This document shows, piece by piece, positions 9,774 to 18,678 of a stretch of DNA of 64,000 nucleotides (positions are counted from its first letter, which is position 1; the number at the start of each line of letters is the position of its first letter). The stretch is taken from contig OY729427.2 of assembly GCA_963422375.2 (NCBI GenBank), positions 384,001 to 448,000 on the forward strand, written 5' to 3'. The translations under genes were made by a program, and so were the position numbers. The DNA comes from Bryobacterales bacterium. Its GTDB lineage: Bacteria > Acidobacteriota > Terriglobia > Bryobacterales > UBA6623. Below the pieces are notes generated by a model. That model saw only the letters and a program-made list of their open reading frames with translations. It did no database searches and had not been told where the DNA came from.

Positions 9774-10160
9774 TCCAACCACGATTAGCACTCGTCTCCC
9801 GAAGTTCGCATACTTGGCGCGTCCGATGGCTAGTCTGGAACCTAGAGGCCGCTGGGAAGCAGGCCCGTTGAGTCTCCCGATGTCCCATCGCCCTCCGCTT
9901 CGAGGACCACGCCCTCCTGCCAAGGCCTCGATTCGGTTCCTGGCCGTTGGCGAGGCTCGCTTCGAGCGATCACCAAGCAGCGCAGGCGGATCTTCGAGGT
10001 CGTGGCCGCCGTGCTGCGCGTAGCACGCCGGGCCCGGCATCGAGCCGGAACAGTGTCACCGCGCCACCTCCAAGTGCATGCCGGAGCTCCGATCAAAACT
10101 CCCCGGAACACCGGCGCCTGGCTGCAGGCGCTACGTCGCTCGGAACATAGTCTCCGGCAC

Positions 10161-11693
10161 CTACAGGGCCGGTTCGGTTACCCCATACACCTTCCGCAGC
10201 CGCTTCAGCTCGGCCGTCAGCTCGGCCGTGACCTCTTCCAAGCCCCTCTGGCCGTAAACGCTCTGCGTCTCCTCGGGGTTCCGCTCCGTGTCGTAGAGCT
10301 CCCATTCGTCGCTCTCGTAGAACCGAATCAGCTTGTACCGCTCCGTGCGAACGCCCTCGTGCGCCGGCACGCCGTGGGCAGTCTGGCTCTCGTAGTAGTG
10401 GTAGTAGAACGACTTCCGCCAGTTGCGCGGCGTCTCGCCTTCTAGGATCGGCACCAAGCTGCGGCCGTGCATGTCCGGGGGGACGTCGACACCCGCAATC
10501 TCTAGGAACGTCTCGGCGTAGTCCAAGTTCGAGACTAGGTCCCTGTTGGTGGCCCCCTCGCGGACCACCCCGGGCCAGCGGACTACCAGCGGCGTACGCA
10601 GCGACTCGCGGTACATCCAGCGCTTGTCGAACCAGCCGTGCTCCCCCAAGTAGAAGCCCTGGTCCGAGCTATACACCACGACCGTGTTCTCGGCCAGACC
10701 GGTCTCGTCAAGATACTGGAGCAGGCGCCCGATGTTGTCGTCCACCGACGCGATGCAGCGCAGGTAGTCCTTGATGTACCGCTGGTATTTCCAGCGGATC
10801 AGATCCTTCCCCTGCAGGCCGGCGTCCTGGAAGGCCCTGTTCTTCGGGCCGTACACCGCATCCCAAACGGCCTTCTGGGCCGGATTCAGTCGCCCGTAGC
10901 TGTTCATCCATTGCCGCAGGACCCGGTCGTCCTGCGGGGTGCCCGGCGGAGGATTGATCTTCAGGTCGTGGGCGGATACCATGTGCCGACCGATTTCCAT
11001 GCGGTTCTTCGCAGCCGGCGAGGCCCTTCCCGCGTAGTCGTCGAACAGCGTGGGCGGCTCCCAGATGTGCTGGCCGTCGTAGAGCGTAAGGTGCTCCGGG
11101 CCGGGCATCCAGTTGCGATGGGGAGCCTTGTGCTGGCTCATCAGCAGGAATGGCTTGTCGGGATCGCGGCGGTTCTTGAGCCAGTCCAGCGACAGGTCGG
11201 TGATGATGTCGGTGGTGTAGCCTTCGTGCCGGCGGCGGCTGTCGTCCGGCCCGAGCCGCATGTCAGGGTTGTAGTAGGCCCCCTGCCCAGGCAGAACCTC
11301 CCACGCGTCGAAGCCCGTAGGGGCCGTCTTGAGGTGCCACTTGCCGAATATGGCCGTCTGGTAGCCGGCTCCCTGCAGCAGCTTCGTAAACGTCTGCTGC
11401 GAGCCGTCGAACCGCAGGCGGTTATCGAGCACGCCGTTGACGTGGCTGTACTTGCCGGTCAGGATGACCGCCCGGCTGGGCGCGCAAATCGAGTTCGTGA
11501 CCAGCGCGCGGTCGAAGCGCATGCCTTCCCGGGCGATGCGGTCGATGTTCGGCGTGTGGTTGATCATCGACCCGTACGCGCTGATCGCCTGGTAGGCGTG
11601 GTCGTCCGTGAAGACGAATAGGATGTTGGGCCGGGCCGCAGCCGCGGGGGGTACCCAGGCCAGCAGCAAGCCGGTCCAAGCTAGAAAGCGCAT
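10161..11693 (-). CDS. Secreted formylglycine-dependent sulfatase
   Basis: Signal peptide, [17 protein letters not shown] active-site motif, GKWHL and [19 protein letters not shown]. Confidence 0.93.
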   Translation of the reverse strand: MRFLAWTGLLLAWVPPAAAARPNILFVFTDDHAYQAISAYGSMINHTPNIDRIAREGMRFDRALVTNSICAPSRAVILTGKYSHVNGVLDNRLRFDGSQQTFTKLLQGAGYQTAIFGKWHLKTAPTGFDAWEVLPGQGAYYNPDMRLGPDDSRRRHEGYTTDIITDLSLDWLKNRRDPDKPFLLMSQHKAPHRNWMPGPEHLTLYDGQHIWEPPTLFDDYAGRASPAAKNRMEIGRHMVSAHDLKINPPPGTPQDDRVLRQWMNSYGRLNPAQKAVWDAVYGPKNRAFQDAGLQGKDLIRWKYQRYIKDYLRCIASVDDNIGRLLQYLDETGLAENTVVVYSSDQGFYLGEHGWFDKRWMYRESLRTPLVVRWPGVVREGATNRDLVSNLDYAETFLEIAGVDVPPDMHGRSLVPILEGETPRNWRKSFYYHYYESQTAHGVPAHEGVRTERYKLIRFYESDEWELYDTERNPEETQSVYGQRGLEEVTAELTAELKRLRKVYGVTEPAL

Positions 11694-11787
11694 GACGCAA
11701 TGCATTCTAGCGAACCGGGCGCACGGGATCGGAGAATGCGACCCTTGACCGGGTCGGCCGCCCCGGAATCCATACAATGGGCATGCA

Positions 11788-12477
11788 GTGGGCGGCGTGC
11801 TCATCGACGTGCGGGATCTTTCGTTCCGCTACCCGGAGGGGTCCGAGGCGCTGCGCGGCGTGAGCTTCGTCCTGCGACAGGGCGAGACCGTCGCCGTCCT
11901 CGGAGCCAACGGCTCCGGCAAGACCACGTTCCTGTATCACCTGCTCGGGCTGCTGCAGGGCGAGGGCTCGGTGGAGGTCTGCGGACTGCCGGTTCGCGGC
12001 TCCAAAATCGCCGCGATACGGCAGCGGGTCGGAATGCTGTTCCAAGACTCCGACGACCAGATCTTCATGCCTACGATCGAGGAGGACGTCGCATTCGGTC
12101 CGCTCAACATGGGACTGGACGCCGAGACCGTCCGCGACCGCGTCGACCGCTGCCTGGCCCGGGTCGGGCTCAACGGGCAGCGCGCCAAGCCGCCGCACCA
12201 GCTCAGCGCAGGGGAGCGACGGCGGGCGGCGCTGGCCGGGGTGCTGGCCATGGAGCCAGAAATCCTGCTGCTCGACGAGCCCGCGACGTTCCTCGATCCC
12301 CCGGCGAGGCAGGCGCTGGTCCGCACTGTCCGGTCACTGCCGCAGGCAAAGGTGCTGGTGACCCACGAAGTTTCTCTCGCCGAGGCTCTCGCCGAGCGGG
12401 CCGTGTTCTTCTCCGACGGCCGCATCGTCGCCGAAGGCGAGGTCGCGGAAATCGCCGACCGCTTCGACTGGCGCTAA
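11788..12477 (+). CDS. ECF-type (CbiO-like) ABC transporter ATPase
   Basis: GANGSGKT Walker [23 protein letters not shown] signature and LLLDEP. Confidence 0.88.
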   Translation: MGGVLIDVRDLSFRYPEGSEALRGVSFVLRQGETVAVLGANGSGKTTFLYHLLGLLQGEGSVEVCGLPVRGSKIAAIRQRVGMLFQDSDDQIFMPTIEEDVAFGPLNMGLDAETVRDRVDRCLARVGLNGQRAKPPHQLSAGERRRAALAGVLAMEPEILLLDEPATFLDPPARQALVRTVRSLPQAKVLVTHEVSLAEALAERAVFFSDGRIVAEGEVAEIADRFDWR

Positions 12478-12571
12478 CGCCGCCTGTCGCGAGCCCCCGT
12501 CCGCGATGCCAGAATAGGAGCGTCGAGCGACATGCCGCCGCGAGCGGGCCCGGACCCCGCGATTCTCCCGC

Positions 12572-13261
12572 ATGCTGTTGATCGTCGCGGCGTTCTCGCA
12601 GGAGCTGTCGGGCCTGCCCGGACTGGTCACGAGCGGCGCGCCCGGCGTGCGCTGGCAGGCCTCGGCGATGCTCCGCGGGGGCAGGGCGGTGCTCGCTGCG
12701 AACGGCGCGGGCCGCGCCGCGGCGGCCGTCGCGGTGCGCGCGATGCTCGAGAGATTCGAATGCCAGTCGGTGGTCTCGGCGGGCCACGCCGGCGCGCTCG
12801 ACCCGGCGCTGGAGATAGGCGACATCGTACTGGCCGAGTCCGTCCGGCACGTCTCCGGCGAATTCCCCGCCCTCCTGCCGACTCACTGCCCCGCTGCCGC
12901 CCGGCGAGGCACGCTGCTGACCGTCGACGAGGTCGTCGGCACGGCACGCGCAAAGCGCAGCCTAGCGCGCGCCGGCGCGTTGGCCGTGGACATGGAGGCG
13001 GCGGCAGTCGCCGCGGTCGCCGCGGAGCGCGGCCTCGGATTCTACTGCGTCCGCTCGATCAGCGACCGCGCCGGGACCGACCTGCCCGTGGACTTCAACC
13101 TCGCCCTGCGCGGCGACGGCACGCTGTCCCCTTGGAGCGTGACGCGGCAGGCCGGCTTGCGGGCGGGCGCGTGGGCCCGCCTGCTCGACCTGTGGCGCGA
13201 CGCGCACGACGCCTCGCGCTCGCTGGCCCGCTGCCTCGCGCGATGCGAGTTCCGCCCCTAG
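12572..13261 (+). CDS. Purine nucleoside phosphorylase/MTA nucleosidase-fold protein (HpnG-like)
   Basis: SAGHAGALDP, AVDMEAAAV and VRSISD motifs. Confidence 0.75.
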   Translation: MLLIVAAFSQELSGLPGLVTSGAPGVRWQASAMLRGGRAVLAANGAGRAAAAVAVRAMLERFECQSVVSAGHAGALDPALEIGDIVLAESVRHVSGEFPALLPTHCPAAARRGTLLTVDEVVGTARAKRSLARAGALAVDMEAAAVAAVAAERGLGFYCVRSISDRAGTDLPVDFNLALRGDGTLSPWSVTRQAGLRAGAWARLLDLWRDAHDASRSLARCLARCEFRP

Positions 13262-13262
13262 C

Positions 13263-14348
13263 ATGACCAGCGCACCGATTCCCGCCACGATGCGGGCCGC
13301 CGTGTACCAAGGCAATGGGACGGTGACGGCCCAGACCGTCGCTGTGCCTCGGATCGGCCCCGGCGAGCTGCTCGTCCGGGTGCAGTGCTGCGGCATCTGC
13401 CACACCGATCTCAAGAAGATCGAGCACGACCTCCTGCCGCCTCCGCGGATCTACGGGCACGAGACCGCAGGCGTCGTGGCCGCGGTCGGCGACGGCGCGG
13501 AGGGGTTCCGCGTCGGCGACCGCGTCTGCATCTTCCACCACATACCCTGCTTCGACTGCCACTATTGCCGCTTCCGCGACTACGCCCAGTGCGCCACGTA
13601 CAAGAGGATCGGCGTCACCGCCGGGTTCGAGCCGGCGGGCGGCGGCTTCGCCCAGTACGTGCGCGTCATGGACTGGATCGCGCGCCGGGGCGTGGAAAGG
13701 ATCCCGCCCCACGCGACTTTCGAGCGGGCCACCTTCGTGGAGCCCGTCAACACGTGCCTCAAAGGCATCGCGAAGTGCGCCCCGCACCCCGACGAGAGCG
13801 TCCTGGTGATGGGGCAGGGCCCGATCGGCCAGCTGTTCACGGCGCTCCTGCGCCGCCAAGGGCTGACCAGCGTTTACGCGACGGACCGGCTCGAAGACCG
13901 GCTCGAGCTGTCGCGGCGCCTCGGCGCGGCCGATGCCTGGCATGCCGCCGATGCCGAGTCGCGTCTGCGCCGCGCTAACGAGGGCCGCGGCGCAGACGTG
14001 GTCATCGTCGCCGCCTCCGCCCCGGGCATCGTAGAGCAGGCCGTGCGCCTGAGCCGCAGGGGCGGGCGCGTGATGCTCTTCGCCCAGACCTCGGCCGCGG
14101 AGCACTTCACACTCGATGGCGGCAGCGTCTGCGCCGGGGACCGCTCGGTGTTCGGATCCTACAGCGCGTGCGCGGACCTGCAGCGGGCCGCCGCCGAGAC
14201 GGTATGGGATCCCGCCTTCCCCGCGGAGGTCTTGGTGTCGCACCGGTTCGGCCTCGACGAGTTCGGGATCGGCGCGGACCTAGCCCGGAGGCCGGCGGCC
14301 GGCGCGCTCAAGCTGGTGGTCCGGCCGCAGGACTCGAGGTGCGCTTGA
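13263..14348 (+). CDS. Zinc-dependent alcohol dehydrogenase family protein
   Basis: CGICHTD, GHE, CxxCxxC..C structural Zn site and GQGPIG. Confidence 0.9.
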   Translation: MTSAPIPATMRAAVYQGNGTVTAQTVAVPRIGPGELLVRVQCCGICHTDLKKIEHDLLPPPRIYGHETAGVVAAVGDGAEGFRVGDRVCIFHHIPCFDCHYCRFRDYAQCATYKRIGVTAGFEPAGGGFAQYVRVMDWIARRGVERIPPHATFERATFVEPVNTCLKGIAKCAPHPDESVLVMGQGPIGQLFTALLRRQGLTSVYATDRLEDRLELSRRLGAADAWHAADAESRLRRANEGRGADVVIVAASAPGIVEQAVRLSRRGGRVMLFAQTSAAEHFTLDGGSVCAGDRSVFGSYSACADLQRAAAETVWDPAFPAEVLVSHRFGLDEFGIGADLARRPAAGALKLVVRPQDSRCA

Positions 14349-15394
14349 AGGGGGCCATGCTCGCGGGTGTCCTCCACGGCAAGGAGGACCTGCGCCTGGA
14401 ACGGATTCCCGTCCCTTCCATCGGGCCCGCCGACCTGCTGGTGCGCGTGCGCGCAGCACTGACCTGCGGGACGGACCTGAAGGTCTTCCGCCGGGGCCAC
14501 CACGCCAAGATGATCACCCTGCCCGCGCCCCTCGGCCACGAGTTGGCCGGGGACGTCGCGGAGGCCGGCCCGGACGTCGCGGGATTCCGGCCCGGCGACC
14601 GCGTCGTGGCCGCGAACTCCGCTCCGTGCCGCCGGTGCTTCTTCTGCCGACGCGATCACGAGAACCTCTGCAAGAACCTGCTGTTCGTCAACGGCGCGTA
14701 CGCCGAGTTCATCAGGATTCCCGGCCGAGTGGTGGAGCGCAACACCTACCGCATCCCGGATCACGTCGACTACCGCGAGGCCGCGCTGTCCGAGCCGCTC
14801 GCGTGCGTGCTCAAGGGCATGGACGAGACCGGGGCGGGCCCCGGCGACACTGTCACGGTCATCGGGCTGGGGGCGATCGGCCTGATGTTCGTGCGCGTCG
14901 CTAGGATCCGCGGGGCGCGCGTCATCGCGGTGGGACGCCGCAATGAGCAGCTGGATCGGGCGGAGCGCCTCGGGGCGGAGGTGCTGATCGAGTCGCGCCG
15001 GGGCGGCGACCCGTCGGCCGAGGTGCGCCGGCACACGGAGGGCGGCCTCGGCTCGGACTTCGTCGTCGAGGCCGTCGGCTCCCCGCACGCCTGGCGCCAA
15101 GCCGTCTCGATCTGCCGCACCGGCGGCACGGTGAATTTTTTCGGGGGCTGCCCCAAGGACACCGTCGTCTGCTTCGACACGGGCCGGATCCACTACTCAT
15201 CCCTGACCCTGCGGGCGACGTTCCACCACACGCCCAGGCACGTGCGCCGGGCGTTGGAGCTGGTCTCCGACGGCGACGTGCAGCCGGGCGATTTCATCGC
15301 CGCCGAGTCCCCGCTGCAGAAGATCGTCGCGGTGTTCCGGCGCATGGCGGCACAGTCCGGAGGCCTCAAGACAGCCGTCCTGCCCCCCGCGTGA
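14345..15394 (+). CDS. Zinc-dependent alcohol dehydrogenase family protein (second paralogue)
   Basis: TCGTD, GHE, CRRCFFC..C and GLGAIG; start TTG 14345 or ATG 14357. Confidence 0.88.
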   Translation: MKGAMLAGVLHGKEDLRLERIPVPSIGPADLLVRVRAALTCGTDLKVFRRGHHAKMITLPAPLGHELAGDVAEAGPDVAGFRPGDRVVAANSAPCRRCFFCRRDHENLCKNLLFVNGAYAEFIRIPGRVVERNTYRIPDHVDYREAALSEPLACVLKGMDETGAGPGDTVTVIGLGAIGLMFVRVARIRGARVIAVGRRNEQLDRAERLGAEVLIESRRGGDPSAEVRRHTEGGLGSDFVVEAVGSPHAWRQAVSICRTGGTVNFFGGCPKDTVVCFDTGRIHYSSLTLRATFHHTPRHVRRALELVSDGDVQPGDFIAAESPLQKIVAVFRRMAAQSGGLKTAVLPPA

Positions 15395-15447
15395 AGCGCC
15401 CCGGACCCGCCTCGGAGGGCGGGCCGCGGAAGCCGCTGGAAGACTTA

Positions 15448-15704
15448 CTGAGAGGCGCAAAAGTCTTTTCCCAAGATACGGGCCATACTCAGTCGACTTC
15501 CGATTCAGGCTGTCATCATAGCAGCCCAGAGATAGAGTCTTGAATTCTCGAACTTAGGCCTGCATATTGTGATATACCGTAACTATCTACACAGTATATT
15601 GCGTACTCGAATTTGGAAGGCCTCCTTCTTAGCAGACTGCTTGGGAACCCAGTTGCCAGTACATTCTGGCCTGGCCGATCCGAAAAGACTTTTGCGCCCC
15701 TCAG
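15448..15704 (+). mobile_element. 257-bp IS630-derived MITE
   Basis: 22-bp TIR CTGAG(A/G)GGCGCAAAAGTCTTTT with TA duplicated. The right end retains TGCCAGTACA(T/A)TCTGGCCTG, matching the transposase 3' end of the IS630 at 51852-53011. Confidence 0.88.
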
Positions 15705-15896
15705 TAGTACACTAGTCGGGCTTGGGTGCCGGAGAGGCAGTGCCCATGTCGGGACTGCCGCGTCGCCGGGCGCGGAGCCGCCCCTCGCGTCGCCAAGCGG
15801 GCCGCTCGGATGGCCGCGCTGGGTGGACGGGTGCGCTCGCCTGATCCTCCGGCGGTGGTTCGGAGACCCCGGGTCGTTGGCGAGCGGGAGGTGAGA

Positions 15897-17078
15897 GTGA
15901 GACACACACCAGACGCCACGGGGGCACGCGCGCATCGAATCCTCGTAGTGGACGACGAGCCCGACGTAGAGCGGCTCGTGAGGCAGCGCATGCGCCGGGA
16001 CGTGCGCGCCGGCAAGTACGTCTTGGAATTCGCTCAGAACGGGCTGGAGGCGCTGGACCGCCTGAGGGAAGGCCGCCAATTCGACATGGTGCTGTCGGAC
16101 ATCAACATGCCCCGCATGGACGGGCTAACCCTGCTGTCGCAAATCCCCAGCGTCGACCCGGACGTGCGGGCCGTCATCGTGTCCGCCTACGGCGACATGA
16201 AGAACATCCGCACTGCCATGAACCGCGGCGCGTTCGACTTCGTGACCAAGCCGATCGACTTCGACGACCTGCGGATCACGATCGATCGCACGATCACGAA
16301 CCTACAGCAGTGGCGCGAGGCGCTCGCCTCGCGCGACAGGCTCGTGGTGCTCGAGAACGAGCTCTCGCTCGCCCGCCGGATGCAGGAATCGATCCTGCCC
16401 AAGGACTTTGGCGACCGCCCGGGCTACTCCCTGTTCGCCGATATGCAGCCGGCGCGGGCGGTCGGCGGGGACTTCTACGACGTCGTGCGGCTGCCGAACG
16501 AGCGCACGGCGATCGCCATCGCGGACGTATCCGGCAAGGGCGTCCCGGCCGCGCTGTTCATGATGTCCAGCCGCATCCAGCTCAGGGCCGCGGCGCTGGG
16601 CCGCACCGACCCCGGCGCGGTGCTCGACGAGACGAACAACCTGCTCAACGAAGACAATGCAGCGTTGATGTTCGTCACGGTCCTGTTCGCCATCTTCGAT
16701 CCCGAGATGGGCGAGCTGACCTACGCCTGCGGCGGGCACGACGCGCCGCTCGTGGTACATCCCGACGGCAGCGCGCACTACGCGCCCCGGGCCAACGGCA
16801 TCGCCCTCGGCGTGTCTCCGAACGCCGGCTACGACCTTCGGAAGATTGTGCTGCAACCGGGCGAAACCGCGGTCCTGTTCACGGACGGAGTCACCGAGGC
16901 ACGGAACGAAAGCGGGGAGATGTTCGGCCTGCCGCGGCTGAAGACTGTATTCGAGGGAGCGCCTCCTGCAGGAGCGAAGGAGGCAACCGCCCAATTGTTC
17001 CGGCGCGTGCGGGAATTCGCGGGCGACGTCGAGCAGTTCGACGACATCACGGTGGTCGCGCTCCAGCGAAACGGTTGA
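15897..17078 (+). CDS. Response regulator fused to PP2C/SpoIIE phosphatase (RsbU/RsbP-like)
   Basis: ILVVDDEP..LSDINMP receiver; VGGDFYD, IADVSGKG, FTDGVTEA and DDIT; start approximate. Confidence 0.92.
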   Translation: MRHTPDATGARAHRILVVDDEPDVERLVRQRMRRDVRAGKYVLEFAQNGLEALDRLREGRQFDMVLSDINMPRMDGLTLLSQIPSVDPDVRAVIVSAYGDMKNIRTAMNRGAFDFVTKPIDFDDLRITIDRTITNLQQWREALASRDRLVVLENELSLARRMQESILPKDFGDRPGYSLFADMQPARAVGGDFYDVVRLPNERTAIAIADVSGKGVPAALFMMSSRIQLRAAALGRTDPGAVLDETNNLLNEDNAALMFVTVLFAIFDPEMGELTYACGGHDAPLVVHPDGSAHYAPRANGIALGVSPNAGYDLRKIVLQPGETAVLFTDGVTEARNESGEMFGLPRLKTVFEGAPPAGAKEATAQLFRRVREFAGDVEQFDDITVVALQRNG

Positions 17079-17083
17079 CGGAT

Positions 17084-17503
17084 GTGAACGGAAGCCTGCA
17101 CCTGAACCTCGAAAGCCAGCGGACCTCGCTATCCCAGTTGCAGGAGGAGGTGGAGCGGTTCGGCACGGCCCAGGACTGGCCTTACCCCGTGCTGTTCCAG
17201 ATCCAGCTGGTACTCGAGGAGCTGGCCTGCAACGTCATCGACCACGGCTACGGTGAGGCCGGGCACGAGTTCCAGATTTCCATCTCCTCGACCCCGAACG
17301 ACATAATCGTCCAGGTCACCGACGGCGCCAAGCCCTACAACCCGCTCGAAGACACTCCCGAGGCCGATGTCGAGTCAGCGCTGGAAGACCGAGCCGTTGG
17401 AGGGATGGGCGTGCATCTCGTTCGAGAGATGGCGGACGAGCTGCACTACAGCCGCGATAACGGCAGGAATCGCTTGCGCTTCGTCAAGCGGAGGAGCGAA
17501 TGA
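17084..17503 (+). CDS. Anti-sigma factor Ser/Thr kinase (RsbW-like)
   Basis: LEELACNVIDHGY, TDGAKPYNP and RAVGGMGVHLV; C-terminal part of ORF 16310..17503. Confidence 0.88.
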   Translation: MNGSLHLNLESQRTSLSQLQEEVERFGTAQDWPYPVLFQIQLVLEELACNVIDHGYGEAGHEFQISISSTPNDIIVQVTDGAKPYNPLEDTPEADVESALEDRAVGGMGVHLVREMADELHYSRDNGRNRLRFVKRRSE

Positions 17504-18678
17504 GAGCGTGGGCCGGGCTTGGGGCCGTTCTGGCAGCTTTCTGCCTCGCCTTGCCCGAGGCGGCGCCCGGCCAGGAATACGGCGTAGACCAGGACAGGGT
17601 GCTCTTCGGCCAGTCCGCCGCCTTCGAGGGCCCGGCCGGGGATCTCGGCACGTCCTTTCGCGCCGGCATCCTGGCCGCGTTCGGGGAAGCCAATGCCCGC
17701 GACGGCGTGTACGGCCGCAAGCTCGAGCTGCTGTCGCTTGACGACCGCTACGAGCCCGAGCTGACGGTCGTCAATACTCGGACGCTGATCGAAGACGAGC
17801 AAGTCTTCGCCCTGATCGGAGGAGTGGGCACGCCGACCAGCCGGGCCGCTGCCCCGATCACCGCCGAGAAGGCGGTGCCCTTCATCGCACCGTACACAGG
17901 AGCCGAATTCCTGCGGGACGCCGGATTCGGCAATGTCGTGAACCTGCGTGCGTCCTACTTCCAGGAAACCGACACTCTTGTCGGCCATTTGATCGACGAC
18001 CTTGGCACCCGCCGGATCGCGGTGCTGCACCAGAGCGACTCCTACGGGCTGGCCGGCCTCGCGGGGGTCGAGCTCGCACTCGAGGACCGCGATCTGGAGC
18101 CGGTCGGCATCAGCACCTACGCCCGCAACTCCATCGCGGTGAAGACCGCCGTGCTCGAATTGAGGGCGTCGGACGCGGGAGCGGTGATCCTGATCGGCGC
18201 GTACAAGCCGGTCGCGGCGGCGATTGCGTGGTCGCGCCACATCGGATTCGATCCCGTTTTCGCCACGATCTCCTTCTCCGGCGGGAACTCCCTCGCGGCG
18301 GAGCTGCGCGACCTCGGGCAGGGTGGCGTCTACGTCTCGCAGGTCGTCCCCTTCCCTAACGGCGAAGAGCAGATCGCGCGACGGTACCGGCGCGCACTGG
18401 CGGCGCACGCCAGCGGCGCCAAGCCCGACTTCGTCTCGTTCGAAGGCTATCTCGCCGGGTGCATGGCCGTTGTCGGCTTGGAGCGGGCCGGCAGCGGGGC
18501 CGGCAGGTCCCGGTTCCTGGACGGGATTCTCAAGGCCGACCCGATCTACCTCGGGGAGTTCACCCTGAGGTTCCGCCTCGGCGAAAACCAAGGCTCCGAC
18601 CGGGTCTACCTGACGTTGATCGGGCCGGACGGCACGTACAGTCCGATCGAGAGCATGAGTCCCGCCCAGCTGCAATGA
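17500..18678 (+). CDS. Periplasmic ligand-binding protein (LivJ-like type I), probably the sensory partner of the kinase
   Basis: Signal peptide, FGQSAAFEGPA, LDDRYEP, GVGTPT and NLRASY; no permease genes adjacent. Confidence 0.85.
   Translation: MRAWAGLGAVLAAFCLALPEAAPGQEYGVDQDRVLFGQSAAFEGPAGDLGTSFRAGILAAFGEANARDGVYGRKLELLSLDDRYEPELTVVNTRTLIEDEQVFALIGGVGTPTSRAAAPITAEKAVPFIAPYTGAEFLRDAGFGNVVNLRASYFQETDTLVGHLIDDLGTRRIAVLHQSDSYGLAGLAGVELALEDRDLEPVGISTYARNSIAVKTAVLELRASDAGAVILIGAYKPVAAAIAWSRHIGFDPVFATISFSGGNSLAAELRDLGQGGVYVSQVVPFPNGEEQIARRYRRALAAHASGAKPDFVSFEGYLAGCMAVVGLERAGSGAGRSRFLDGILKADPIYLGEFTLRFRLGENQGSDRVYLTLIGPDGTYSPIESMSPAQLQ

Noticed and set aside
9774..10160. CRISPR leader or small gene upstream of the CARF gene
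   Set aside because: GC-rich, with no repeat and no ORF with recognisable motifs.
15516..15660. GIY-YIG-like peptide (YAIYCVDS..QYAGLS)
   Set aside because: It lies inside an IS630-derived MITE, on the strand opposite the transposase remnant; probably coincidental.
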